The notes below the pieces were generated by a model, which was not told the origin of the DNA, made no database searches, and was given only the letters and a program-made list of their open reading frames with translations. From Vicinamibacterales bacterium (GTDB lineage Bacteria; Acidobacteriota; Vicinamibacteria; Vicinamibacterales; JAMQPK01): DNA of 64,000 bases. A program made the position numbers and the translations under genes. Each line of letters begins with the position of its first letter. Positions within the stretch are counted from its first letter, which is position 1. The stretch is from the NCBI GenBank assembly GCA_963730445.1, contig CAVSRX010000007.1, forward strand, positions 115,554-179,553, in the 5' to 3' direction. Positions 1-8,962 of this stretch are shown piece by piece.

Positions 1-2
1 CG

Positions 3-1874
3 TACGCGATGGAAGGCTGCGCCATCTACCGTGAAGACCAGCGCAAGTTCGTGTACTACGCGCGCAAGGGCAACGACTTCGACGAGTGCCAGATCGACAA
101 GAGCGGCAAGTGGCTGCTCATCAAGGAACAGCTCGACGGCGCGGCCGGCGAAGATAACCGCGTCATCGACATCGATCGCAATACCGAGCGCGTGCTGAAC
201 GATCCGGATGGTGCGGCAGGACACTCCGACCTGGGCTACGGCTATCTCGTGGCCGAAGACAACTTCAACAACCGTCCAGGCGCGGTGCGCGTGTGGGACT
301 TCAACAAAGATCTTCGCGGCGGACAGCCGAACTCTCCAGTGCAGGGACAGGGCACGCTCGTGTATCAGATAGCCGACTGGATGTCGCTTGCGCAGCACAT
401 CGCGCACGGCAACTCGAAGCCGGGGCTCCCGCTGGATCAGCAGGTTGCCTGCGCCAGCAACGGCACGGGCGCACACGCGCCGCGCACAAACGAGATCGTC
501 TGCTTCAGGCTGAACGGCTCGCTCGAAACGCTCGTCGTTGCGCCGACGCTGACCGATGTGAACGCGTCGGGCAACGGCGGCATGGACGGCGAAGCGTATT
601 GGAAGTTCCCGAAGGGCAACCTCGATATCACCGGCGAGTACTTCATCTGGACGACCAACGGCGGCACGAGCCGAAACGACGCGTTCATCGTGAAGGTGCC
701 GCTCAATCGCCTCGGCGCGAGCGGGTCCGGATCGCCGGAGCCCGACTCCGGTTCGACTGGTCCGGCTGCCCCGCCGCCGCCGGCACCGGCGCCAGCACCC
801 GCACCAGCGCCAGCACCCGCACCAGCGCCGTCGCCCGCTCCGGCGCCGACCTCAACGAGCGGCGGCACGTCGCCCGTGAGCTGGACGGACGTCGTGAATG
901 CCTCCACGGTCGGCAACAGCCTCATGAAGGCGGGCGGATGCGGTGGATGTCCCGACGCCGGCGCCATCTCGGCGCAGTCGATTTCGTCGGGCGACGGGTA
1001 CGTCGAGTTCACGGTTCCCGAGACGGGCACGCTGCGCTTCATCGGCCTGAGCTCGGGCAACAGCGGCACCGACCCGAGCGAGATCAAGTTCGCGCTGCGG
1101 CTGCAGGGTGGCAACGCGGAAGTGCGCGAGTCGGGCGCCTATCGCACCGAGACCCAGTTCTCGACCAGCGACGTGATGCGCATCGCATACGTTGGCGGCA
1201 CCGTGCAGTACTCGAAGAACGGCAACGTGTTCTACACGAGCGGCAACGGACCGGCCTATCCCGCCATCGTCGACACCACGCTGTTCGATGACAACGCGTC
1301 GGTATGGAACGTCATGATCAGTTCCGGTTCCGGTTCCGGTTCCAGTTCCGGTTCCGGTTCAGGTTCCGGTTCTGGCGGTTCTGGCTCGCCCGCACCGGCA
1401 CCACAGACCTCCGGTCCGGTCGGTGTGAGCTGGACGAGCGACTCGAACGTCGCCATCAACGGCAACAGCCTGGTCAAGACGGGCGGCTGCAGCGGCTGCG
1501 GTGACGCAGGTGCCGTCTCGGCTCAGCAGATCTCATCAGGTGATGGATACGTGGAGTTCTCGGGGGCGGGCGACGGGCTTCGCTTCATCGGGCTCAGCTC
1601 GGGCAACAACGGAACGGACGCGAGCGAAATCAGGCACGCGCTGCGCCTGCAGAGCAACACCGCCGAAGTGCGCGAGTCGGGCGGGTACCGCAGCGAGGTG
1701 GGCTTCTCCGGCGGCGATACGCTGCGCATCGCCATCGTCGGCGGCAACGTGGAGTATTCGAAGAACGGCAGCGTGTTTTATACCAGCGCGCTGCAGGCGT
1801 CGTATCCGATGCTGGTCGACACGTCGCTCTTCGACGGCAACGCGTCGATCAACAACGTCGTGATCTCTCAGTAG
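3..1874 (+). CDS. secreted multidomain protein, 5'-partial (beta-propeller-like region plus two tandem ~150-aa Cys-pair domains, possibly glycan-binding)
   Basis: The frame of ORF 9..1874 stays open to the window edge. The C-terminal half is an internal duplication. The block VSWT..GNSL.K.GGC.GC.DAGA.SAQ.ISSGDGYVEF..LRFIGLSSGN.GTD.SEI..ALRLQ..AEVRESG.YR occurs twice, after a (PA)n linker (~nt 770-850) and across an (SG)n linker (nt 1321-1386). No family name recognised. Confidence 0.55.
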   Translation, partial: YAMEGCAIYREDQRKFVYYARKGNDFDECQIDKSGKWLLIKEQLDGAAGEDNRVIDIDRNTERVLNDPDGAAGHSDLGYGYLVAEDNFNNRPGAVRVWDFNKDLRGGQPNSPVQGQGTLVYQIADWMSLAQHIAHGNSKPGLPLDQQVACASNGTGAHAPRTNEIVCFRLNGSLETLVVAPTLTDVNASGNGGMDGEAYWKFPKGNLDITGEYFIWTTNGGTSRNDAFIVKVPLNRLGASGSGSPEPDSGSTGPAAPPPPAPAPAPAPAPAPAPAPSPAPAPTSTSGGTSPVSWTDVVNASTVGNSLMKAGGCGGCPDAGAISAQSISSGDGYVEFTVPETGTLRFIGLSSGNSGTDPSEIKFALRLQGGNAEVRESGAYRTETQFSTSDVMRIAYVGGTVQYSKNGNVFYTSGNGPAYPAIVDTTLFDDNASVWNVMISSGSGSGSSSGSGSGSGSGGSGSPAPAPQTSGPVGVSWTSDSNVAINGNSLVKTGGCSGCGDAGAVSAQQISSGDGYVEFSGAGDGLRFIGLSSGNNGTDASEIRHALRLQSNTAEVRESGGYRSEVGFSGGDTLRIAIVGGNVEYSKNGSVFYTSALQASYPMLVDTSLFDGNASINNVVISQ

Positions 1875-1887
1875 GAATCAGTCGCGC

Positions 1888-3246
1888 TCACCACTGGGAT
1901 CGCACAGAGCACACGGAGGAGATGAACGCATCCGTGACCTCTGCCGTCTCTGTGGTCACCAAGACAGGCCGCGAGACAACGCGCGGTCCGGGTTCTCCTG
2001 GCATCCTTTCCCAGGTAACCCGCTGCCGGCGGGCCACGATACGTGAACATCCCACGATCGTGGCCCAGCCGAGCAGACACATCGTGTAAGGGACGCTGAA
2101 GACCGGCGTGCGCTTCGGCGCACGGATCACCTGGCGGCGGTCGCTGTTCATTCGCCGTCCCGTTTTGGTGCGCGCGATGCGACGCCGCTCGATTTGGGCG
2201 CGCCGGGTCCGCTCCGGGCGTCCCTGGATATACCCCGTCAGCGCCGCGGCATAGAACATCGACTGACCTGCCAGGAACACCCGAAAGAAGACGGCATCGA
2301 TCAGCGCCACGTTGGCGACGAGCACTGCGAATTGCAGCGCCGGTATGGCGAGACGAAGCGCTTTGTGCGACAGCACCTCGAACCACACGCGGCAGCGCAG
2401 CGGATTCAGCATCCACGGATGGCGCGCGAGCAGCTGAAAGGTTCCCGCGATCGTTCTCGCCTTCCTGATGAAATCCTCGCGCGGGTTCATGGCAATCAGG
2501 TCGTGCGCGCGCGCGTCGGCTTCGAAAACCACCCGATAGCCCTTGCGCACGATCTGCATCGGGATGAGCACGTCATCCAGGATGGTGTCCGCAGGGATCG
2601 GCTGGAAGAGGTGGCGGCGGATCGCGTAAATCGCACCGGTCGCGCCGACCGTTGAGCCGGACCAGCTTTCGTTCGCGCGGATGAATTTCTCGTACTGCCA
2701 GTAAAACCCGGCGCCTTCTCCGCCAGGCGACGTGCCACTTCGCTTTCGCAGGTGAAGCTCACCGCTGACAGCGCCGACCTCGGCGTCGGCGAAATTGGCG
2801 ACGAGCGCCCGAATAGCGGCAGGCTCGAACCGCTGACGGGCATCGGCAAGCACGACGATCTCACCCTCCGCCGATGCGATCAGATCGTTCAGCACGGAGG
2901 TCTTGCCGCGGCGCTGGCCGAACTCGCGCACCGTCACGCCCCGATCCTCGTACCGCAGAGCGACCTCGACCGTGTTGTCGGTCGATCCATCGCTGCCGAC
3001 GATGATGGCAAGGCGTTCGCGCGGGTAATCGGAGGCGAGCAGATTTTCGATACGGCGGCCGATACGGTGTCCCTCGTTGTGCGCCACCACCACCACCGTG
3101 ACGTGAGGCTCGATCGGCGCACGCGCGACGGGTCGCGGGCGCGCCTTGCGCCGCAGCCACGCGATGAGCGGATAGCCGAAATACACGTACACCAGCAGCG
3201 CGAGGGCGCACCAGAATACGAGCAGCGGCGCGCTCAGTTGCGCCAT
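1888..3246 (-). CDS. family 2 glycosyltransferase, membrane-bound
   Basis: ORF 1888..3615 trimmed to the ATG at 3246. It starts MAQLSAPLLVFWCALALLVYVYFGYPL (N-terminal TM), followed by VTVVVVAHNE, GSDGSTDNT and VLADARQ GT-A motifs and C-terminal TM helices. The upstream 369 nt of the long ORF overlap the beta-helix gene in another frame. The start overlaps the upstream stop by 13 nt. Confidence 0.8.
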   Translation of the reverse strand: MAQLSAPLLVFWCALALLVYVYFGYPLIAWLRRKARPRPVARAPIEPHVTVVVVAHNEGHRIGRRIENLLASDYPRERLAIIVGSDGSTDNTVEVALRYEDRGVTVREFGQRRGKTSVLNDLIASAEGEIVVLADARQRFEPAAIRALVANFADAEVGAVSGELHLRKRSGTSPGGEGAGFYWQYEKFIRANESWSGSTVGATGAIYAIRRHLFQPIPADTILDDVLIPMQIVRKGYRVVFEADARAHDLIAMNPREDFIRKARTIAGTFQLLARHPWMLNPLRCRVWFEVLSHKALRLAIPALQFAVLVANVALIDAVFFRVFLAGQSMFYAAALTGYIQGRPERTRRAQIERRRIARTKTGRRMNSDRRQVIRAPKRTPVFSVPYTMCLLGWATIVGCSRIVARRQRVTWERMPGEPGPRVVSRPVLVTTETAEVTDAFISSVCSVRSQW

Positions 3247-4890
3247 ACCGCCACCTCGCCCATCGCATCCGTCAACGCACGCACGTCGGCGCCGGCACGA
3301 CGCGCATCCCGCCCGTCGCGCGCAAAGACATTGTCGAGCGGATACTGGTCGGGCTTCCCGCCGGGAAACACGTTGCCTGTAATGACCGCGCCCGGAAAGT
3401 ACCGATCGATCGAGGCCCTGCCGACGCCTGTCCCCGATCCGACAAAGCCCGCGCCGTTGTCCGGCATCATGTTGTTCTGAAAGACGAAGCCCGTGTGCGG
3501 GTCGTGATCGCCCCCAAACACGACGCCGCCCGTTGTGCGTTCGGCGGTGTTGCTGGTAATCGCGACGCCGGCTGTTCCGTCGAGCAGTTGAAACAGGCGG
3601 CCGTTGCCGCCCCACTTCCCGCCGACGTCGGAGAGCAGGTTGTTGTGAATGGCGATGCGCCGCGTCTGTTTGCTTTCCTGGTTGTCGTCACGGCCGAGAA
3701 TGTTGAAGCCGGCTGCGACGTTGCGGAGAACGTTGTTGCGGAACGTCACGTCTTCGACGACCGACCACGGCGCGCGCCCATCCTGGTTGCGCGGCGTAAA
3801 CAGAATCGCAAAACCGTTCTGCGCGTGCGGCCAGTTGTGCTCGAGCAGGTTGCCCTCGACGAGCACGCGCCGCGCGTTCTTCAGCTCGAACAGGTTCTTC
3901 ACGGCCCACGGCGTGCCTTCGTAGGTCGGATGGTCCATCTTCCAGCGCAGCGGCTTGGCGAAGTGATTGCGGACGATCTCGATGTCGGACGGCACGAGGC
4001 CGTGCACGGCCGGATCGGCGCCGCCGAACATGACGTTTTCGCCGGCCGCCTCGAGATAGTTGTTCGCGATTTTGAAGGGCCCGGGCCCGTTCCATCCCGA
4101 AATCGCCTGCGAATCGGCGCCGACTTCCTTGAAGTCGGAAAAGTACGAATTGACCACTGCGATGTCGCGGCCGTTCAACGCGATGCCCCGGCGTCCGCCC
4201 TTGCGCGCGTCGCCATGAATGTAGGAGCGGTCGAACACGATGTGATGCGGAATCTCCGTCAGGTTCGCATCCTCACCGCCGAGCTCGATGAGATTGTAGA
4301 GAAATGCTCCAGCCGCGGGTGCGACCTCGACACCAGCAAAACGGTAATGATGCGCGCCGGGATCGGTGATGACGGCCGACCGTGACGCCGCGACGAGCTT
4401 CGCCATATGTCGGGCGTCCGAGGGACTGACGCGCTTGGCTGCCGGGAGCTCGCGCAGCCGGTTCGACGCGATGACGATCCACGCGTCGCCGTCTTTCTTC
4501 CGCAGCTTGAACGGTCCTTCGTAGGTCGCACCCGCCTCGAGCGTGATGCGATCGCCTGGCTGCGCGGCGTCGAGCGCCGACTGCAGCGACTCGCCCGCGG
4601 CGACGTGAAGGGTGCGGCCGTGGTCCGCCTTGCGTGTTCACTTTCGCGCGTAGTCAGACGGTCGCCATCGTCGATCGTCGAGCGGCATCGGATCGTAGAG
4701 TCGCTGTCGTCGATCGTCGATCGGCCATCGTCGATCGATCGTCGATCGCCTGACGATAGACGATGGACGCTGGACGATCGACGATCGGCGATCGACGATG
4801 GACGATGGCCGATGGACGATCGACGATCCGCGGTCCGAAGGCTGCCGCCGTACCCAGCAGCACTCCAAGGACCGCAGTAGCAGGCATCAT
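3234..4890 (-). pseudogene. secreted right-handed parallel beta-helix protein (pectate-lyase fold, putative glycanase), disrupted at the 5' end
   Basis: ORF 3234..4406 carries beta-helix turn motifs (IANNYLEAAGENVMFGG, VEGNLLEHNW, FRNNVLRNV, IHNNLLSDV, FQNNMM). The same frame continues upstream as clear coding sequence with no start codon (..RTLHVAAGESLQSALDAAQPGDRITLEAGATYEGPFKL..) until a TGA at 4638-4640. A signal peptide MMPATAVLGVLLGTAAAFGP starts at ATG 4890, overlapping the TAA of the upstream gene by 1 nt. It lies in another frame and is separated from the mature part by the 4661-4829 repeat. Confidence 0.6.
4661..4829. repeat. 7-nt-periodic imperfect palindrome (units ~CGTCGAT on the left, ~ACGATSG on the right), rich in CGATCG/GATC
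   Basis: Read directly. 4708-4750 (cgtcgatcgtcgatcggccatcgtcgatcgatcgtcgatcgcc) is ~90% reverse-complementary to 4787-4825 (ggcgatcgacgatggacgatggccgatggacgatcgacg). The intervening ~36 nt are built of the same heptads. There are about 12 GATC sites in ~170 nt. Several frames are open on both strands, as expected for a stop-free low-complexity repeat. Confidence 0.85.
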
Positions 4891-6212
4891 TACGCGACGC
4901 ACGTCCTGCTCTCGGCGCTCCGCGGCGCCATCTCGTGGACCGCGCCGCGCGTCAGATCGACGACGACCTGATCGGGCCGCGCGACCGCAAGCACCTTCAA
5001 GGCATCCTGCCCGGCCGTGCCGAACACGAGCACTTCCGCGTGCTCGGCCAGGCATTCCGGCGTGTCGCACAAGAGCGACGACACATGCGGGATCTCCTGC
5101 TCGATATAACTGCGATTGGCGCCCTTCAGCCGCGCCATCACCACATTCGGGTCGTAAATCTTCACGTCGCAGCCTTTGCCGATGAGCGTTTCGACGAGCG
5201 TCACCATCGGGCTCTCGCGCAAATCGTCGGTATTCGACTTGAACGCGAGACCGACGACGCCGACCTTCTTCTTGCGCGTCTGCAGAACGGCATCCACCCC
5301 GCGCGCAATCTGCGCCTTGTTGGACTGGACAACGGCCGTCAGCACAGGTGTCGAAACGTCGTAGATGCGTCCCGAGCAGAGCAGCGCGCGCACATCCTTC
5401 GGCAGGCACGACCCGCCGAACGCGAATCCTGGCTTCAGGTAGGCCGGCGCGATGTTGAGCTTCTTGTCCTGCCGAAACACGCGCATCACGTCCTGCGCGT
5501 CGGCGCCGAGCGCATCGCAGAGGTCGGCGATCTCGTTGGTGAACGTAATCTTCAGGGCGTGGAATGCATTGCACACGTACTTGACCATTTCTGCCGTGCG
5601 CACGGACGTCTGCAGGAACGGAGCGCTGATGCTCGCATACAGCTGACGCAGCGCCGTCGCCGTATCGGGATCGTCGCACCCCACCAGCACGAAGGGCGGC
5701 TGATCGAAGTCTTCGATCGACGAGCCTTCGCGCATGAACTCGGGATTGACGGCGATGCGCAGGGGCCCGGCCATGCGGCCGCCGTTGGAACATTCCGACA
5801 ACACGCGCGCGAGCACGCGCTCGGTCGTGCCAGGCAGCACGGTGCTGCGCAGCACCACAGTGAGCGGAGTCGTGCGCGACTCGCATGCCGCGCCGATGGC
5901 CGACGCGACGCGCGCGAGCCCGTCGTAGTCGGGCTGACCGTGGCCGAGGTCGGGTGTGCCCACACAGATGAGCGCGACATCCGCATCGGCAAGGCCCTCT
6001 TCAGCCGAGTCCGTGGCCGACAGCCGCCCCTGCCGCACGACGCGCGAGACGAGATCGGCGAGCCCCGGCTCGATAATCGGCGACGAGCCCGCGTTGATCA
6101 TCGCCACCTTCTCGGCGTTCACGTCGACGCCGATCACATGATGACCATCGCGCGCGAGGCAGGCGGCCGTGACACATCCGACATATCCGAGACCGAAGAC
6201 ACTGACGTTCAT
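4890..6212 (-). CDS. nucleotide-sugar 6-dehydrogenase (UDP-glucose/GDP-mannose dehydrogenase family, AlgD-like)
   Basis: ORF 4890..6833 trimmed to the ATG at 6212. It starts MNVSVFGLGYVGCVTAACLA (Rossmann GxGxxG) and contains NPEFMREG and GFAFGGSCLPKDVRAL catalytic-Cys motifs. There is an ATGA overlap with the upstream deacetylase stop (6209-6212). Confidence 0.9.
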   Translation of the reverse strand: MNVSVFGLGYVGCVTAACLARDGHHVIGVDVNAEKVAMINAGSSPIIEPGLADLVSRVVRQGRLSATDSAEEGLADADVALICVGTPDLGHGQPDYDGLARVASAIGAACESRTTPLTVVLRSTVLPGTTERVLARVLSECSNGGRMAGPLRIAVNPEFMREGSSIEDFDQPPFVLVGCDDPDTATALRQLYASISAPFLQTSVRTAEMVKYVCNAFHALKITFTNEIADLCDALGADAQDVMRVFRQDKKLNIAPAYLKPGFAFGGSCLPKDVRALLCSGRIYDVSTPVLTAVVQSNKAQIARGVDAVLQTRKKKVGVVGLAFKSNTDDLRESPMVTLVETLIGKGCDVKIYDPNVVMARLKGANRSYIEQEIPHVSSLLCDTPECLAEHAEVLVFGTAGQDALKVLAVARPDQVVVDLTRGAVHEMAPRSAESRTCVA

Positions 6213-6954
6213 CGCGCTCCTCCGTAAATCCAGTCCGCGACCCGCGGATAGGACGACCCAAGTAACGGCTTCACCAATCCCTTTGCGTTCCACGCCGCCC
6301 ATTCCTTCGAACGCGCCCACGGCGCGCCTTGCACCAGCCGGCGCGCGAGATCTGCGGGCGCTCCGCTGCGAATCACGAAGCGTCCGGCAATCGCGCACCC
6401 GTCGATCGCACGCGCCGATCGAACCGGCTCCGAGTTGAACAACAGGAAGAGTCCCGACTCCGCCGCTGCACGGCCAACCTCTTTCGAGAAATAACCGCCA
6501 GGCACCGAGCCCGTCGTCACGGCGTGCCCGAGCACGTCCTCGAGCCGCTGGCGGCTCTCGGTCCACTCGCGGCGCATGTCCGCGCGGCTCAGCGCGCTGA
6601 ACCGAGTGGGATGCGACGCCGAGTGAGTGCCGATGACATGGCCGCGGGCATCGAGCTCGCGCACCTGCGCTGCATCGAGAAAGCCGGGCCGTCCGATGAA
6701 ATCCGTGGTCACGAAGCAGTACGCGTGCAACCCACGCGCTTCCAGCTTGTCTGCCACGATCGTGTAAAACGACACGCCGCCATCGTCGAAACGTCAATCG
6801 CGCCGCACGCACATCCGGCGCACCCGATTGCACCGAGTTGCGTCTCGAACTCGCGCAACGACAGCTTGTAGCGATCGGCGGCCGGCGAATTGAAGCCGCT
6901 CTCGCCGACGTCGCTCACGTAGACGTCATGAAACAGCAGCGATACTGGTTGCAT
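6209..6954 (-). pseudogene. polysaccharide deacetylase (NodB-like), one frameshift in this assembly
   Basis: The N-terminal part is ORF 6709..6954 (MQPVSLLFHDVYVSD..YKLSLREFETQLGAI..). The C-terminal part is ORF 6209..6775 (..FDDGGVSFYTIVADKLEARGLHAYCFV..HSASHP..). The two join at ..AIDV|FDDGG.. if one base is added to the AAA run at 6788-6790. Confidence 0.75.
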
Positions 6955-6999
6955 TCGATTTCTTACTCCGAGCGGCTTTCTTCCACCGCAGGTAATCGG

Positions 7000-7761
7000 T
7001 CAGCCGGGCTGGCCCCACACGGCCGACGTGCGGCCTGCAGTGGAAACCGGGTCCACTTTCTTTCCGTTGAACAAATCGATCAGCGTCGCCGCGATGCGGT
7101 CGAGATTTTCCGTGACGACGCGGTACTGAATGACGATGTGCGATTCGGCGAGCTCGTCGATGGGGCACCCGGCCTGCAGATACACCGGACCGGTGTCGAC
7201 CCCTTTGTCGATCTTGAGCAGCGTCATGCCGACGCGGTCGAGATCGCGGTTGACGAGCGCCCAGAAACACCCATGCGCGTTGCGATACTCGGGGCAGATG
7301 CCGGGATGCAGTGCGAACGCGCCCACGCGCGCGAGCGAAAAAATGTCCGGCTTCAGGATGAACTTGCAGCGCGCGATGACAATGTCAGGTTTAACGCTGT
7401 TCAGGAACTCGCGCGAGGCCTCGCTGTTCGGATTGGCGACAACGAGCCGCGGCACGCGATCGAGGTCCGCGGGATACTGCGCCTTGAGCGCCTCGATCTG
7501 CTCCGCCTTCCACGCATCTTCCCTGGCGCGCAGCCGCAGCCGCGCGAACACACGGTAGGCAACGACGTCGAGAAACCCGAACCAACCGACGCGTCGAAGC
7601 TCGCGCCGTGCAGCCGTCCACAGACGGCGTCCTTTGTCAGAAATGACGATGAGGCCGGCCAGGTTCATCGTGCCGGCGAGCCACGACGCGAGCCCCTCGG
7701 TGTCGAGGCGATCGCCTTCGTGGCATATCAGCACGACTGTCGGCCGGTTCGTCTTCATCAT
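7000..7761 (-). CDS. formyltransferase-family protein (sugar N-formyltransferase candidate)
   Basis: LHPGICPEYRNAHGCFWAL and LLKIDKGVDTGPV match formyl-transferase core motifs. The C-terminus probably continues to 6926 (..QPG|LTDYLRWKKAARSKK..) after a 1-nt indel in the G/C run at 7003-7008. Confidence 0.7.
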   Translation of the reverse strand: MMKTNRPTVVLICHEGDRLDTEGLASWLAGTMNLAGLIVISDKGRRLWTAARRELRRVGWFGFLDVVAYRVFARLRLRAREDAWKAEQIEALKAQYPADLDRVPRLVVANPNSEASREFLNSVKPDIVIARCKFILKPDIFSLARVGAFALHPGICPEYRNAHGCFWALVNRDLDRVGMTLLKIDKGVDTGPVYLQAGCPIDELAESHIVIQYRVVTENLDRIAATLIDLFNGKKVDPVSTAGRTSAVWGQPG

Positions 7762-8962
7762 GCGTTGGCACTACCCCTTCGCAGTGCGCTTCGAACTCGC
7801 GGGCCACTTGCGGCCAGGAGTAGCGCTCAACCACGAGCGCCCGCCCGGCCTGGCCGAGTTCGTTTCGTCGCCCTTCGTCGTGCAAGAGGTGGACCACCGC
7901 TGCAGCGAAATCCTCGGGGTTGTCAGCTGCGATGAATTCTTTCTGGTCACTCAATGCGAGCCCCTCGGCTCCCACTGTCGTGGACACGACAGGCTTGGCC
8001 ATGCCGAGGGCTTCGAAAATTTTCATGCGCGTTCCGCTGCCGGCTCGCAGCGGCACGACATAGACCGCGGCTTCATCCAGGTACGGCCGCACATCGTCGA
8101 CGGTGCCCGTGACGATCATGCCGAGCCGCTCCGCCGCGTCGCGCAATTTCTGAGTGGGATTCCGCCCGACAATCGCGAACGACGCGTCGGGCACCTGCTC
8201 GCGGATTTTCGGCAGAATCGACTCGCCGAAATAAATGACGGCGTCCTCGTTCGGATGCCAGTCCATCGATCCGCTGAAGACGAGCCGCGCGGGAATCTGC
8301 GGCCGGCCGGCTGGCGCGAAATACGCCGTGTCGACGCCCGTTGGTATCGCGCCGGTTTTTGCGGCCGGCGCCATCTCGGCAAGGCGCGCGCGATCTTCCT
8401 CCGATACCGCGATCGTCAGATCGGCGCGGCTGCAGAGCTCGGATTCTTTGTTGCGCAGCTTGCGCCACTCGATCTCGAACAGCAGCTTCTTGATCGGATT
8501 GCGCTCGAGCGCGCTGAGCCGCTTCCAGATCAGGTACTCGACGTTGTGCTCGAACAGCACGACGGGAACTGTGCCGCCGAGCGGCACGTTCGCGGCCGCG
8601 AACAGAAAGTCGGACACGACGACGTCGATCTGATCTTTCTCGACGAGCGCCTGTACCGTGTCGCGCACTTCGGCGACGCGCCACTTCCAGAGATCCACGG
8701 GATACGACGAGAACCACGATCGCGCCACGGTCAGCGGAAACGCCGACGAGCCGCGCTTCGGCACGTCGTACGGAATCGACACGACCTGCTGGCAGTCGGG
8801 CAGCTGCCGGGCGAGCCCCTCGGGATCGTCGCCGGCCCCGTGCGTCGTCACGAGCGTGACTCTATGATGCCGGGACAGCGCCGACACGATCTGCAGGCTT
8901 CGCACTCGCCCGCCAGTCGTTGACGGCCACAGCCCGCCCATCTTGACCCAGAGGATTCGCAT
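7637..8962 (-). CDS. GT4-family (GT-B) glycosyltransferase
   Basis: Begins MRILWVKMGGLWPSTTGGRVRSLQIVSAL.. and contains ..VPLRAGSGTRMKIFEALGMAKPVVST (E-x7-E region). The last ~45 codons overlap the next gene. A 1-nt change in the C4 run at 7774-7777 would give ..EFEAHCEG-stop just before ATG 7761. Confidence 0.8.
   Translation of the reverse strand: MRILWVKMGGLWPSTTGGRVRSLQIVSALSRHHRVTLVTTHGAGDDPEGLARQLPDCQQVVSIPYDVPKRGSSAFPLTVARSWFSSYPVDLWKWRVAEVRDTVQALVEKDQIDVVVSDFLFAAANVPLGGTVPVVLFEHNVEYLIWKRLSALERNPIKKLLFEIEWRKLRNKESELCSRADLTIAVSEEDRARLAEMAPAAKTGAIPTGVDTAYFAPAGRPQIPARLVFSGSMDWHPNEDAVIYFGESILPKIREQVPDASFAIVGRNPTQKLRDAAERLGMIVTGTVDDVRPYLDEAAVYVVPLRAGSGTRMKIFEALGMAKPVVSTTVGAEGLALSDQKEFIAADNPEDFAAAVVHLLHDEGRRNELGQAGRALVVERYSWPQVAREFEAHCEGVVPTHDEDEPADSRADMPRRRSPRHRGARVVARRHDEPGRPHRHF

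Noticed and set aside
770-850. (GCACCA/GCGCCG)n microsatellite-like tract, plus the GGTTCC tract at 1321-1386
   Set aside because: Both are in frame within a long coding ORF. They translate to (PA)n and (SG)n inter-domain linkers, so they are coding low-complexity sequence rather than non-coding repeats.
4935-6227. 430-aa plus-strand ORF opposite the sugar dehydrogenase. Similar long antisense or off-frame ORFs include 8943..10217, 13894..15321, 16214..17440, 19931..21061, 26575..27636, 26720..28087, 55331..56215, 55456..57288 and 58619..59653.
   Set aside because: All overlap genes with clear family motifs on the other strand or frame. They have low-complexity, Arg-rich composition. Stop-codon scarcity in GC-rich DNA explains them.
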